Assembly: GCA_945902255.1 (NCBI GenBank)
Contig: CAMDMO010000001.1
Location: 1 to 36,513, forward strand
DNA from: Rickettsia typhi
GTDB lineage: Bacteria; Pseudomonadota; Alphaproteobacteria; Rickettsiales; UBA1997
Length of the DNA stretch: 36,513 nt
Reading direction: 5' to 3'
Made by a program: the position numbers and the translations under genes. Within the stretch, counting starts at the first letter, position 1. Each line of letters opens with the position of its first letter. Positions 17,905 through 27,055 of the stretch are shown here, piece by piece. A model generated the notes under the pieces. That model saw nothing but the letters and a program-made list of their open reading frames with translations. It was not told the DNA's origin and ran no database searches.

Positions 17905-20900
17905 TTATTTTGAATCACCAACATTGTTACCACCCTCACCGCCAGATTTGTCAGTAGCGCCAGAAGGACCATCTCCACTAGAAGAACCGGAGGATGATTC
18001 TCCATCGCCTGAGGCACCTTCAGTAGATTTACCTTTATTTGCAGCGGATTCAACTTCTTTACCCGCTTTTCTTTTGCCACCAAGCGCTACTTTCCTAGTT
18101 AGTCCAACAGCGCGTTTTTGAGCTCCTATCAAACCTTTTGCAAATTTATTAAATAATTCAGCGCCAGAAACATTGCTTCCTGGTAATTGAGCCCCGCCGG
18201 TTAAGTGAGAGGCAATTCCCGGAATTTCGTTAAGGAATTTCATCAATAGATACATTACTAGAGCTCCCTTTAAAATAGTGAGAACCCTTTCCTTTACATG
18301 ATCTGAAAAAATATTAAGCAATATTGGAATGCTAAGACCAACCACTTCAAGACCCGGAAATCTTCCAAAGTCATTAACATTAATTAAACAAGCGACACTA
18401 TCATTTAATGGATTAACAAGGGTTTGACCCACCTTATCACAGGAAGAATTCTCAATCACAGCGCCATTTGAATCTTGGCAATATGAACTACAAGAAATTG
18501 CTTTCATTGGTCCAGGGCCGGCAAAGGTTGCGCTGCCTATTAATGTTCCATCAATTACCATGATTAAAATTGCAATATATGCGAAAAGTATCATTGGCTG
18601 TAAGCAGAAGCTAATTAGATTAGTAAGCCAGCTTTTAAAAATATCCGCAGTTTTTTCAAATAAAACCCCAACTATCACAATTGGCGAAACAAATACCATT
18701 ATAATAATTGATATTGCTGAGGCTAAAAATATATGAAGAGCCATTATTGTAAGGGCGATAAAGAAGAAGCCCATAAACATTACCGAAATGGCAAAATAAA
18801 TCCCAATTGGTCCAGTAAAAAATCCTGCAAGAATTAAAGATGCAATATTTGCCGCAGAAACCTCTGGCCCAAATGAAAGATAACGAGCGATTTTACAGTC
18901 AAGCGTATCCCACAAGGCCAAATATTCTTTTCCCGCTGGATATAACCTTCCGGAAGAAGCTCTGGTGCCATCTTCAAGAGTTAGGTAACCAAATTGACAT
19001 CCGTCTTTTTTATTTTCTTGCGTACTAGTATTAATTTTAAAAACTAGGCGAGACATTTCGGTTGAAGTATTATAAACACCTTCAAAAAACTTAGATTGCC
19101 AAGCGTCGCCAACTGCAAAATAAAGCACCAAAGCAATTTTTAAAATATATAATAAGATATCTTTCTTTTCTCTAATATCGCTTTTTCCAAGCAAAATATT
19201 CATGCCATAAAATGTTACCGACAAGGTCAAAACCAGCTTAACAAAAATTCTTAAATTTGATTGAATTGTTTCAAAAAATGATTTGTCGTAAACTTTATTT
19301 CCTTTTTTATAAGTAAATGTTCCATCGCTAGCATATTGACCTCCGGGACAGCTGCCGTCAGCAGAAGGATATGCGGAACTTGATAAACAAACACTGTGAC
19401 CCGCTCTGTTATAAAAAAGATTTTCCAAAGTTTCTTTCACGCATTGAGCAATTGGAGCGCTGAAATGTCTTTGACTGCCAAGAATTACACCGCCGCCGCC
19501 ATAAGCTGTTTGGTTTTGAGAATCTCCAACAAAATTAATGCAGGCATCTGAAAAATATGGAGAACCAATATTGCTTTTATATCTATAAGGAATGCTGCCA
19601 GTAATGGTGCAATGAGTTAAATATTGGCAATAGTTCTTACACTTTCCAGCTTTAGCATTATAGGTGCAGTCAGCATTTCTAATTTCACTCTTTGCGGCAC
19701 AATCACCAGCTGCTACATCGCTTGTTTTAATTAAATTCCATGATCCCGAACTACTATTCCAAATACCGTCTTGATAATAATTACAATATTCAGTTCCACC
19801 GCCAACTGAAAAATTATAAGGACATAAACTATAACTCTGAGCACAGACCAATCTTCCATTGTCAAGCTGCTTAGCTTCAAAAGTTACAATTTTACCACTA
19901 TGATTAAGCGTACATCTTGAGCCAGCTTTGCAAAAAACTTGGCTATCATAATATTCTATACACACATAGTTTTGACTTCTTTCTCTACAACAATTATATG
20001 CGTTTCTAAAATCACCAAGGCGCTTTTCTGAAATTGGCCCAGTAAATGTTGGATCGTCTTGCCCCGGCATTATATCATATTGCTTACAATTAAAATTACC
20101 CGACTGCAGACCTTTTAAATAATATCTTTGCTTTGGATATGAAGCGTAAGATTGAGTTGCACTAGTGGCTCTAAGCGGATCGCGACAAGTTGAAGCGGCG
20201 GCGCTTCCAGATAAATCATCACTAGATAAATCAACGCCAGATACTGATGAACCTCCAATAGAAGCAAACGCATCTGCGGTGGAAGTTCCTGCGTTAGCTA
20301 CATCATTCGCAGCAGAAACTGCTCCCGCAGATAGATCGTCATAAAAATCACCAACATTATCTTCGACTTCAACCCCATTATAATACCATTCACGATAAGT
20401 TTTATTGGTCAAAGCAAGCTGCGAACTGTAATTTGCATCATTGAGATGTCCTCTATCTGCTATAATATAATTTTTTATCGCCAATGCTATTGTTTGCTTA
20501 TAATCAGCGGCGTCTCTGTTAAATTTAGCAACATCTGGCTTTGTCCAGTTTGCACCACAAACTTTTGTATTATTAAAAGTTGGCTGAGCAAATTCAGAAT
20601 AAATTATACGAAGCTCTCCCAAGGCCACGTAAAAAGAAGAAAGAGCAAGAAGATATGCGCTTTTACAAGCTGGCGTACCACCGATTGCAGATTTTGTACC
20701 TTTTATTAAATCCCTAGCATCAAGAAGAGGAGATGGGGTAAGTCTTGGAACAGAACTTCCATTGCCACAAGTATAGTTCATGTTTGCAATCGCAATTTTA
20801 ACCGCTGCATAGCTAGTTAAAATTACCGTTAAACACACCGGATTAGATAATACAAATTCTACATCTTTACCGCCCGTTCTTGGATCAAAATCTAAACCTT

Positions 20901-21081
20901 CAACATCTCCAGTCGTCACATCGCAAGAACGCTCTCTGCCAATACCAGCTTCTGGCGCAGATCCGTAACTTGTTGCGGCAGCATAAGATTCTTGTGAAAA
21001 AGTTATAAAAATAACGGACAGCAAAAAAATCTTCAAAAAATATGATATTTCTTTAAGATTTATCTGCCGCAAAATATTCAC
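17905..21081 (-). CDS. virB6: VirB6/TrbL-family type IV secretion inner-membrane protein with a large Cys-rich N-terminal domain and a Gly/Ser/Asp-rich tail
   Basis: 1058 aa with a signal-like N-terminus (FLLSVIFITFSQESYA). By my hand count there are about 24 Cys in the first 600 residues or so. A block of 6-7 hydrophobic helices lies at about residues 610-960, typical of VirB6/TrbL. The tail reads GASGDGESSSGSSSGDGPSG. The start reads GTG at 21079-21081, directly abutting the virB4 stop. Confidence 0.7.
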   Translation of the reverse strand: MNILRQINLKEISYFLKIFLLSVIFITFSQESYAAATSYGSAPEAGIGRERSCDVTTGDVEGLDFDPRTGGKDVEFVLSNPVCLTVILTSYAAVKIAIANMNYTCGNGSSVPRLTPSPLLDARDLIKGTKSAIGGTPACKSAYLLALSSFYVALGELRIIYSEFAQPTFNNTKVCGANWTKPDVAKFNRDAADYKQTIALAIKNYIIADRGHLNDANYSSQLALTNKTYREWYYNGVEVEDNVGDFYDDLSAGAVSAANDVANAGTSTADAFASIGGSSVSGVDLSSDDLSGSAAASTCRDPLRATSATQSYASYPKQRYYLKGLQSGNFNCKQYDIMPGQDDPTFTGPISEKRLGDFRNAYNCCRERSQNYVCIEYYDSQVFCKAGSRCTLNHSGKIVTFEAKQLDNGRLVCAQSYSLCPYNFSVGGGTEYCNYYQDGIWNSSSGSWNLIKTSDVAAGDCAAKSEIRNADCTYNAKAGKCKNYCQYLTHCTITGSIPYRYKSNIGSPYFSDACINFVGDSQNQTAYGGGGVILGSQRHFSAPIAQCVKETLENLFYNRAGHSVCLSSSAYPSADGSCPGGQYASDGTFTYKKGNKVYDKSFFETIQSNLRIFVKLVLTLSVTFYGMNILLGKSDIREKKDILLYILKIALVLYFAVGDAWQSKFFEGVYNTSTEMSRLVFKINTSTQENKKDGCQFGYLTLEDGTRASSGRLYPAGKEYLALWDTLDCKIARYLSFGPEVSAANIASLILAGFFTGPIGIYFAISVMFMGFFFIALTIMALHIFLASAISIIIMVFVSPIVIVGVLFEKTADIFKSWLTNLISFCLQPMILFAYIAILIMVIDGTLIGSATFAGPGPMKAISCSSYCQDSNGAVIENSSCDKVGQTLVNPLNDSVACLINVNDFGRFPGLEVVGLSIPILLNIFSDHVKERVLTILKGALVMYLLMKFLNEIPGIASHLTGGAQLPGSNVSGAELFNKFAKGLIGAQKRAVGLTRKVALGGKRKAGKEVESAANKGKSTEGASGDGESSSGSSSGDGPSGATDKSGGEGGNNVGDSK

Positions 21082-23469
21082 TTACTTACGAGACCTCTCA
21101 TAATAAACCGGCAACCAATCATTTGGATCGTCGCCAACCTCTTCAATAATTTGATCTAGCAAAATTATTGTATCAACCCTTGCGGATAAAACACGAATTA
21201 GATCATCCATTCCACCTAAATCTACCCTAGCGATTACGCCATCACTATCTTGTTTGACCAAGAAAAATCTAGTTGAAGGATCTGTCGTTTTTACCAGATT
21301 AAATTCGCGCTCTGAAAGCATAAATACATCACGATAGGCCATGGTGGCTTTCAAATTAGGTAAGAAAATTTGAGTTGCAGTTTGTTGCACCAAGGTATCA
21401 GAAATACTGCTTTTTGATGCATCCTCAACTGACTGAGTTGCAAAAACTACGAATGTGTTTAATTTTCTTAATACTTTTAGCCAATCTTTAATTTTTGGCG
21501 CAAAAACTGGATTACCAATTAATGCCCAAGCTTCATCCAAAACAATCATAGTTGGCGAGCCATCAAGCGAACTTTGAATACGATGAAACAAATAAAGTAA
21601 AGCCGGACTAATACTGGTTTTATCTTTAAGAAGCTCACCCATTTCAATGCCGAAAGTGCGTGACGAAGTAAAATCAATTAGATCTTCTGCATTATCAAAA
21701 AGTTTAGCGTGAGATCCGTCCGAGTGCCACATTGAAAGCCTTCCAGATAGCGTTCCAGGGCCACCTATTCCCATGAAAGGAGCAATATTTCTTATTCTTC
21801 TTTGTTCTTTTGGTAATTTATAATTTCCACTCACTGCCTCATTAATTCTCTCAACTTCGTGAGCTGGCAAAGGCGCGTCACTAGTAGAAACTAACACCTT
21901 CAAAAACTCAATTAAAAATGAGCGATTTTCACTATTATCTTCAAGTTGAAATGGATTAAAACCAGATATTTTTGCCGCATCTGGAATCATATAACGACCA
22001 CGAATGGCGCGAATAAATATTTCTGCACCACGATCTTTATCAAAGAAAAATAAACGACATTTAAATTTTTGCGCCTGAGCACAAAGGAAGGTCAAAAGCA
22101 CTGTTTTACCTGCGCCGGTTGGACCAATAATCATGGTATGTCCCACATCTCGCACATGAAAACTAAAGAAATAGGGCGTTCCTGAAACTGTATTTAGAAC
22201 AGTTAGTGCATTTCCCCAGTGATTCTTTTTTCTTTTTCCAGATGGATAATTGTGAAATGATGCAAAAGATGCAATATTTAGCGTATTTACAGTACATCGA
22301 CGCGCTAGCAATTCTGTGTTTCCAGGAAGTTGCCCCCAAAAAGCAGGCTCCATATTCATTCTTTCACGAACGCCGGTGATACCACTATTTGAAAGCTCCA
22401 CCACCGCTAAAGATAAAGCACTTTCCAAAGATTTTGGCGTATCTTCAACGCAAAGCACAGTAAGATGATGATTGCCAAAGCCAAATTCACCACTCATCGC
22501 CGAATCAAGTGCCTGGTCAATTTCTTGAATTTGCGATACCGCCACATCTTCAGATTGCACAAGTCGTCTTTGTTGAAGCTGCATCGAGCTAATCGCCACC
22601 ATGCGATTAATAAAAGAAAATGATTGGCTAATAATTAATTCAAATGGCATTTCCATAAAACCATCTAACACGCCAGCATGAGTTGAGGGGCGATATTCTT
22701 TGATCGAAACCAATCCAGCATATTTAATGCCGGTAGGAGTTCTAACTTCAATTGATTTATTGCCGAAATAAAGTCGACTAATTGGAAGATGGTGAGATAT
22801 TTCGCCAAGCGGCACTGTCATTGGCTGCGAATATCCGCAATTAACTAAGCGAGATAAAAATTCTAATGCTTCTGAGGTAACGCCATCTTCGGTTTCAGTA
22901 ATTCCAATAGTGTGTGCGCCATAGTTACCATAGCCATTTAGAATTCTTTCGGTCATTTCTTCAAGCTCATCGAAAGCCTCTCTCATGTAATTTTCCCAAG
23001 TGGACTTATCTGCTCGATGTTGCAATTTTTTCGCCATATGCTCAATTACAGCGGCTCCAGATTTATCTTGCCCGCGAATAATTGTAAAATAATGCTCGTT
23101 AACGAAACATTTATCGTCCGAGTGCTTTGCAGCCCATTCTCTATTTACGCTTTCAGAAAATAAATCCGGCATTTCACCATCAGGAAAACCCTTTTCTTTG
23201 CGTCTAATTGTGTGAAAATAAAGCGAAAAGCTTCCGGAAGACATACCTTTTAAAAGGTTATTTCTTGCCGATTTTTTAAGGTCAATATCAATATCATCAG
23301 CGGTTTCAAAGGAAAAACCTTTGATTTTTATAATTCTAACCAGCTCTTCATTATAGGTTAAAATAGTGTCGGAATTCCAATGGCATTTATATGGAATAAA
23401 ATGCGCCGCAGAAACCTCATATTTAGTAACTTTTTCTTTCGCTGGTTTAAGCGTTGAAAGCCTGATCAT
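21082..23469 (-). CDS. virB4: type IV secretion ATPase VirB4
   Basis: 795 aa with Walker A IIGPTGAGKTVLL, Walker B-like MIVLDEAW, and FATQS. Size and N-terminal pattern are typical of VirB4/CagE. Confidence 0.9.
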   Translation of the reverse strand: MIRLSTLKPAKEKVTKYEVSAAHFIPYKCHWNSDTILTYNEELVRIIKIKGFSFETADDIDIDLKKSARNNLLKGMSSGSFSLYFHTIRRKEKGFPDGEMPDLFSESVNREWAAKHSDDKCFVNEHYFTIIRGQDKSGAAVIEHMAKKLQHRADKSTWENYMREAFDELEEMTERILNGYGNYGAHTIGITETEDGVTSEALEFLSRLVNCGYSQPMTVPLGEISHHLPISRLYFGNKSIEVRTPTGIKYAGLVSIKEYRPSTHAGVLDGFMEMPFELIISQSFSFINRMVAISSMQLQQRRLVQSEDVAVSQIQEIDQALDSAMSGEFGFGNHHLTVLCVEDTPKSLESALSLAVVELSNSGITGVRERMNMEPAFWGQLPGNTELLARRCTVNTLNIASFASFHNYPSGKRKKNHWGNALTVLNTVSGTPYFFSFHVRDVGHTMIIGPTGAGKTVLLTFLCAQAQKFKCRLFFFDKDRGAEIFIRAIRGRYMIPDAAKISGFNPFQLEDNSENRSFLIEFLKVLVSTSDAPLPAHEVERINEAVSGNYKLPKEQRRIRNIAPFMGIGGPGTLSGRLSMWHSDGSHAKLFDNAEDLIDFTSSRTFGIEMGELLKDKTSISPALLYLFHRIQSSLDGSPTMIVLDEAWALIGNPVFAPKIKDWLKVLRKLNTFVVFATQSVEDASKSSISDTLVQQTATQIFLPNLKATMAYRDVFMLSEREFNLVKTTDPSTRFFLVKQDSDGVIARVDLGGMDDLIRVLSARVDTIILLDQIIEEVGDDPNDWLPVYYERSRK

Positions 23470-23535
23470 TTTATGACATTATTCGATATTTTTGAAAAGA
23501 AATAATAAGCTATTGCGATTGCAAAAAAAGTAAAG

Positions 23536-24759
23536 TTAAGACTTTTTATTTTTTATTAAAAATAAAAATAATAATCCGGGTATGGCGAGTAATGTTGAAA
23601 AAATAAAAAATTGATACCAGTCAACACTCTGAGCAACCACTCCCGCGCATGATGCTAAAACACTTCTAGCTAGCGTTGCAAAAGAAACTAGTAAAGCATA
23701 TTGGGTGGCGCTGAAAGCAACATTACACAATCCGCTTAAATAGGCTACAAACACCGAATCACCAATTCCTCCGCTAAAGTTTTCAGCAAAAACAACTAGA
23801 TAAAGAGCCTCTGTATTATGACCAATTTGAGACAAATAAGAGAAAGTTAAATTTGACAACATTTGCCCAAAACCCGCAATCCACAAGCTTTTATTAATGC
23901 CAAGTTTTTTTACCAAAACCCCACCAATAAAAACTCCAAATAATGTTGCGAAAAGCCCAAATGTTTTAGCAATACTTGCTATTTCAATTTTGCTAAAACC
24001 AATATCTAGTAAAAAAGGCAAAGTTAAATTTCCAGCAAAAGCATCGCCAAGTTTAAAACAAATTATGAAAGCGATAATAAAATACCACCTGTTGCGCTTA
24101 GTAAAATCAAGCACTGGATCAATCACCGCAACTTTTAGCCAACTTGAAAAATTATGCGCTTTTGGCTGCCAATTTTCTCTGGTTTCTTTGGCAAAAATAG
24201 TCACGATCATGGCGAGCGCCATAAAAACTGACATCAAATAATAAACTTTATCCCAGCTAATAACTTCTGATAACGCTAAAGCGCCCGCCCCAGAAATTAG
24301 CATACCAATTCTATAACCATAAACATAAAAACTTGCCGCCAAACCTTGATTTTCTTTTTCTATTAACTCAATGCGATAACCGTCAATTACAATATCTTGA
24401 CTTGCAGAAGCAAAAGCAACAAGCAGCGCAAATATTATAATATTTTGTAACTCTCCAACAATTCCAGCAACTCCAAGTAATGAAATAAAAATAATTAAAG
24501 AAAATTGCGTTAAGATAATCCAAGATTTTCTCTGACCAATTTTTTTAGTTAAAAATGGAACTTTGCACGAATCGATTATTGGGGCAAAAAATATTTTTAA
24601 AGAGTAAGGCAAGCTAATCAGAGAAAAAAGACCGATGGTTTTTAAATCAAAACCCGCATCCACTAAAGATGCTTTTAAAGTCGACAATATCAACACCAGT
24701 GGCACCGCACTGCTAATTCCGAGAAGAAAAATTATTAAAAAATTTTTTACCGATTTCAT
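23536..24759 (-). CDS. ampG: AmpG-family MFS muropeptide permease
   Basis: 407 aa and about 12 TM helices. LPYSLKIFFAPIIDS...GQRKSWI is the AmpG-type motif between TM2 and TM3. Confidence 0.8.
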   Translation of the reverse strand: MKSVKNFLIIFLLGISSAVPLVLILSTLKASLVDAGFDLKTIGLFSLISLPYSLKIFFAPIIDSCKVPFLTKKIGQRKSWIILTQFSLIIFISLLGVAGIVGELQNIIIFALLVAFASASQDIVIDGYRIELIEKENQGLAASFYVYGYRIGMLISGAGALALSEVISWDKVYYLMSVFMALAMIVTIFAKETRENWQPKAHNFSSWLKVAVIDPVLDFTKRNRWYFIIAFIICFKLGDAFAGNLTLPFLLDIGFSKIEIASIAKTFGLFATLFGVFIGGVLVKKLGINKSLWIAGFGQMLSNLTFSYLSQIGHNTEALYLVVFAENFSGGIGDSVFVAYLSGLCNVAFSATQYALLVSFATLARSVLASCAGVVAQSVDWYQFFIFSTLLAIPGLLFLFLIKNKKS

Positions 24760-24787
24760 GCGATATTAATATATTAAATTGAAGTTT

Positions 24788-24815
24788 TTGAAAGGCAGTA
24801 CTATATCAACTATAC
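24788..24815 (+). promoter_or_regulatory. possible heat-shock (RpoH-like) promoter for hslV: TTGAAA - 16 nt - CTATAC
   Basis: Pattern match to the recalled alphaproteobacterial sigma32 consensus (CTTGAA-N16/17-CYTATNT). It lies 42 nt upstream of the hslV ATG. AT-rich context makes a chance match plausible. Confidence 0.25.
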
Positions 24816-24856
24816 AAGATTTTTTTATACGAATAAATTTTAATTAAACTTATCCA

Positions 24857-25408
24857 ATGTTAGAACATAAAAATCCATCTCAAATTTATGGAACCACTAT
24901 TCTTTCTGTCAGAAAAAATGGCAAAGTTGCAATTGCTGGCGATGGTCAAGTGTCATTAGGGTCAACCGTTTTAAAATCAAACGCCAAGAAAATTCGTAAA
25001 ATTGGTGACGGCTCAATCATCGCTGGCTTTGCTGGCGCAACCGCTGACGCCTTCACTTTATTTGAAAGATTAGAAAGTAAATTAGAACAATATCCAAATC
25101 AATTAACTCGCGCTTGCGTTGAATTAGCAAAAGATTGGCGCACTGACAAATATTTGCGCCGACTTGAAGCGATGTTAATTGTAATTGATAAAGATGTATC
25201 TTTAGTATTAACCGGAAATGGTGATGTTCTTGATCCAGAAGATGGAATTGTTGGAATTGGTTCTGGCGGAAATTACGCTCTTTCAGCCGCTCGCGCTCTT
25301 ATTTCAATCGATAATCTATCAGCTGAAGAAATTGTAAAAAGATCAATGAAAATTGCCGCAGATTTGTGTGTCTATACCAATCAAAATATTATTATCGAAA
25401 CTTTATAA
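24857..25408 (+). CDS. hslV: ATP-dependent protease subunit HslV
   Basis: 183 aa. [21 protein letters not shown] carries the N-terminal catalytic Thr. [10 protein letters not shown] and GSGGNYA are also present. Confidence 0.92.
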   Translation: MLEHKNPSQIYGTTILSVRKNGKVAIAGDGQVSLGSTVLKSNAKKIRKIGDGSIIAGFAGATADAFTLFERLESKLEQYPNQLTRACVELAKDWRTDKYLRRLEAMLIVIDKDVSLVLTGNGDVLDPEDGIVGIGSGGNYALSAARALISIDNLSAEEIVKRSMKIAADLCVYTNQNIIIETL

Positions 25409-25421
25409 CGAAAATTACATA

Positions 25422-26825
25422 ATGAAAAATTTAAAATTTTTAGTATTTTTTCTAGCTTGTTTTTTCATCTCCGCTCAAAGTTTTGCGGCAGTTTCGCTTT
25501 CAATTAAAAATGAAGATATTCCAAAAACAAAAATTTTATTTTTTGGATTTGATTCAACCGATCCAAATCTAAGAATTGATAGTTTTGACATTCTTGAACG
25601 CATTAGAAGAAACTTAAAAACCACTGATCTTTTTGAAGTTATAAAGCAATCTGGACAAATGGAAGTTGGAAAAGCTGCACCAATCGTAACCAACGGCAAA
25701 ACAGCCTTAAAAACCGCTCCTCAAACTCAAGTTGCGCCAACCACAAGTCAAGAAAACCTTACCGTTGAGTCAGTTCCAAATTTTGAAAAATATAATAAAG
25801 CCGGAATTGGCGCTATCGTAATTGGTCAATTTAATTATGACCAAACCGGCAATTTAGAAGTTAGAATTCGCATGTGGGATGTTCTTGACCAAAGACAATT
25901 ATTTGGCAAATTTTACACCTCTTCGCGCGATAATTATCGCAAAGTTGCGAACATTATTTCTGATGAAATTTTTAAAGCAATTAGCGGTGAAAAAATCGGA
26001 CATTTTAACTCACAAATTCTTTATGTATCTGAGTCTGGACCACTTACAAAAAGAGTTAAAAAAATTAATATAATTGATTTTGATGGTGAAAATCATCGCA
26101 CTTTAAGCGATGGTCGCGACTTAGTTTTGACGCCAATTTTTTCTAAAAAACGCGATGAAATCTTCTACTTACGCTATTTTCAAACTCGCCCACAAATTTT
26201 TTCACTAAATTTACAAAATTTAAGAATTAAAAAAATCGGTGGATTTCCAGGAACTACCTTTGCCGCAAGCACAGTTCCAAACAAACCAGATTCACTTTTA
26301 CTATCTGCAATTATTGATGGAAATAGTGATATTTATGAGCTAGATATAAATTTAAATTCCGCAAGAAAGCTAACTAAAAGCCCCGCCATTGATACTACAG
26401 CCTCTTATTCGCCAGATGGAAAATATATTACTTTCGCTTCAGATCGCGATTCTGGACAACAGCTTTATGTGATGGATGCAAATGGCAGTAGCGTTAAGAG
26501 AATTAGCTCGTCCTCTGGATCTTACTCAAAACCAATGTGGTCTCCAGACGGAAGGTTAATTGCTTTTACCAAAATAAAATCAAATCAATTTTTTATTGGC
26601 GTAATTTCACCAAATGGTGCTGGCGAAAAAATTCTAACCGGCGGATATTTAGCCGAAGGCGCTAAATGGTCACCAAATGGTCGTTACTTAATATATTCAA
26701 AAAAGAAAGGCCCTTACGGCCAAGACAGCGTTCCTCGTCTATATATAATTGATGTTACTACCGGATTTGAATTTGAATTTCCAACCCCAACCAGCGAAGG
26801 CGCCACCGACCCTGATTGGGCTTAA
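25422..26825 (+). CDS. tolB: Tol-Pal system periplasmic protein TolB
   Basis: I place the start at ATG 25422 (MKNLKFLVFFLACFFISAQSFA, a signal peptide). The track ORF start at 25353 overlaps hslV. C-terminal beta-propeller repeats are present (SPDGKYITFASDR, WSPDGRLIAF, WSPNGRYLIY). Confidence 0.88.
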   Translation: MKNLKFLVFFLACFFISAQSFAAVSLSIKNEDIPKTKILFFGFDSTDPNLRIDSFDILERIRRNLKTTDLFEVIKQSGQMEVGKAAPIVTNGKTALKTAPQTQVAPTTSQENLTVESVPNFEKYNKAGIGAIVIGQFNYDQTGNLEVRIRMWDVLDQRQLFGKFYTSSRDNYRKVANIISDEIFKAISGEKIGHFNSQILYVSESGPLTKRVKKINIIDFDGENHRTLSDGRDLVLTPIFSKKRDEIFYLRYFQTRPQIFSLNLQNLRIKKIGGFPGTTFAASTVPNKPDSLLLSAIIDGNSDIYELDINLNSARKLTKSPAIDTTASYSPDGKYITFASDRDSGQQLYVMDANGSSVKRISSSSGSYSKPMWSPDGRLIAFTKIKSNQFFIGVISPNGAGEKILTGGYLAEGAKWSPNGRYLIYSKKKGPYGQDSVPRLYIIDVTTGFEFEFPTPTSEGATDPDWA

Positions 26826-26844
26826 AGCGGCGGTCTTCGACCGC

Positions 26845-26869
26845 AAAAATAGCCTAAACGGCTATTTTT
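26845..26869 (+). terminator. hairpin AAAAATAGCC-taaac-GGCTATTTTT after tolB
   Basis: Perfect 10-bp stem, 5-nt loop and a T-run on the 3' arm. It is nested with a second hairpin (GCGGTC-ttc-GACCGC, 26830-26844) inside an outer inverted repeat (26821-26828 / 26871-26878). Confidence 0.5.
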
Positions 26870-26994
26870 AGCTTTAAGCGGGCAAAGGAGCGCGGCGACG
26901 CCTGCCCCGGCGCGAGTCGTCTTCGAGCGCAGCGAGAAAAGCGACGAAGCGTTCGCACACTCCAAAGCGTTAGTTTGTACGAAAAAGCGTTAAA

Positions 26995-27015
26995 AAATCG
27001 ATTAATAATCGATTT
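26995..27015. promoter_or_regulatory. perfect 10+1+10 palindrome AAATCGATTA-A-TAATCGATTT upstream of the restriction gene
   Basis: Read directly from the sequence. It is centred at 27005, 24-44 nt upstream of the R start codon. It is a candidate operator or promoter-overlapping site. Confidence 0.3.
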
Positions 27016-27034
27016 ATAATAACAATTAATAATA

Positions 27035-27055
27035 AACCATGCACACCAACTTACT
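27035..27055 (+). repeat. direct repeat, left copy (AACCATGCACACCaACtTaCT), containing the R start codon
   Basis: 13/13 identical and then 18/21 identical to 28882-28902. A TTAAAAAATC 10-mer also recurs (26990-26999 and 28870-28879). Confidence 0.7.

Noticed and set aside
25353-25421. Upstream extension of the tolB ORF overlapping hslV
   Set aside because: The Met at 25422 is followed by a textbook signal peptide. The extension lies inside hslV in another frame.
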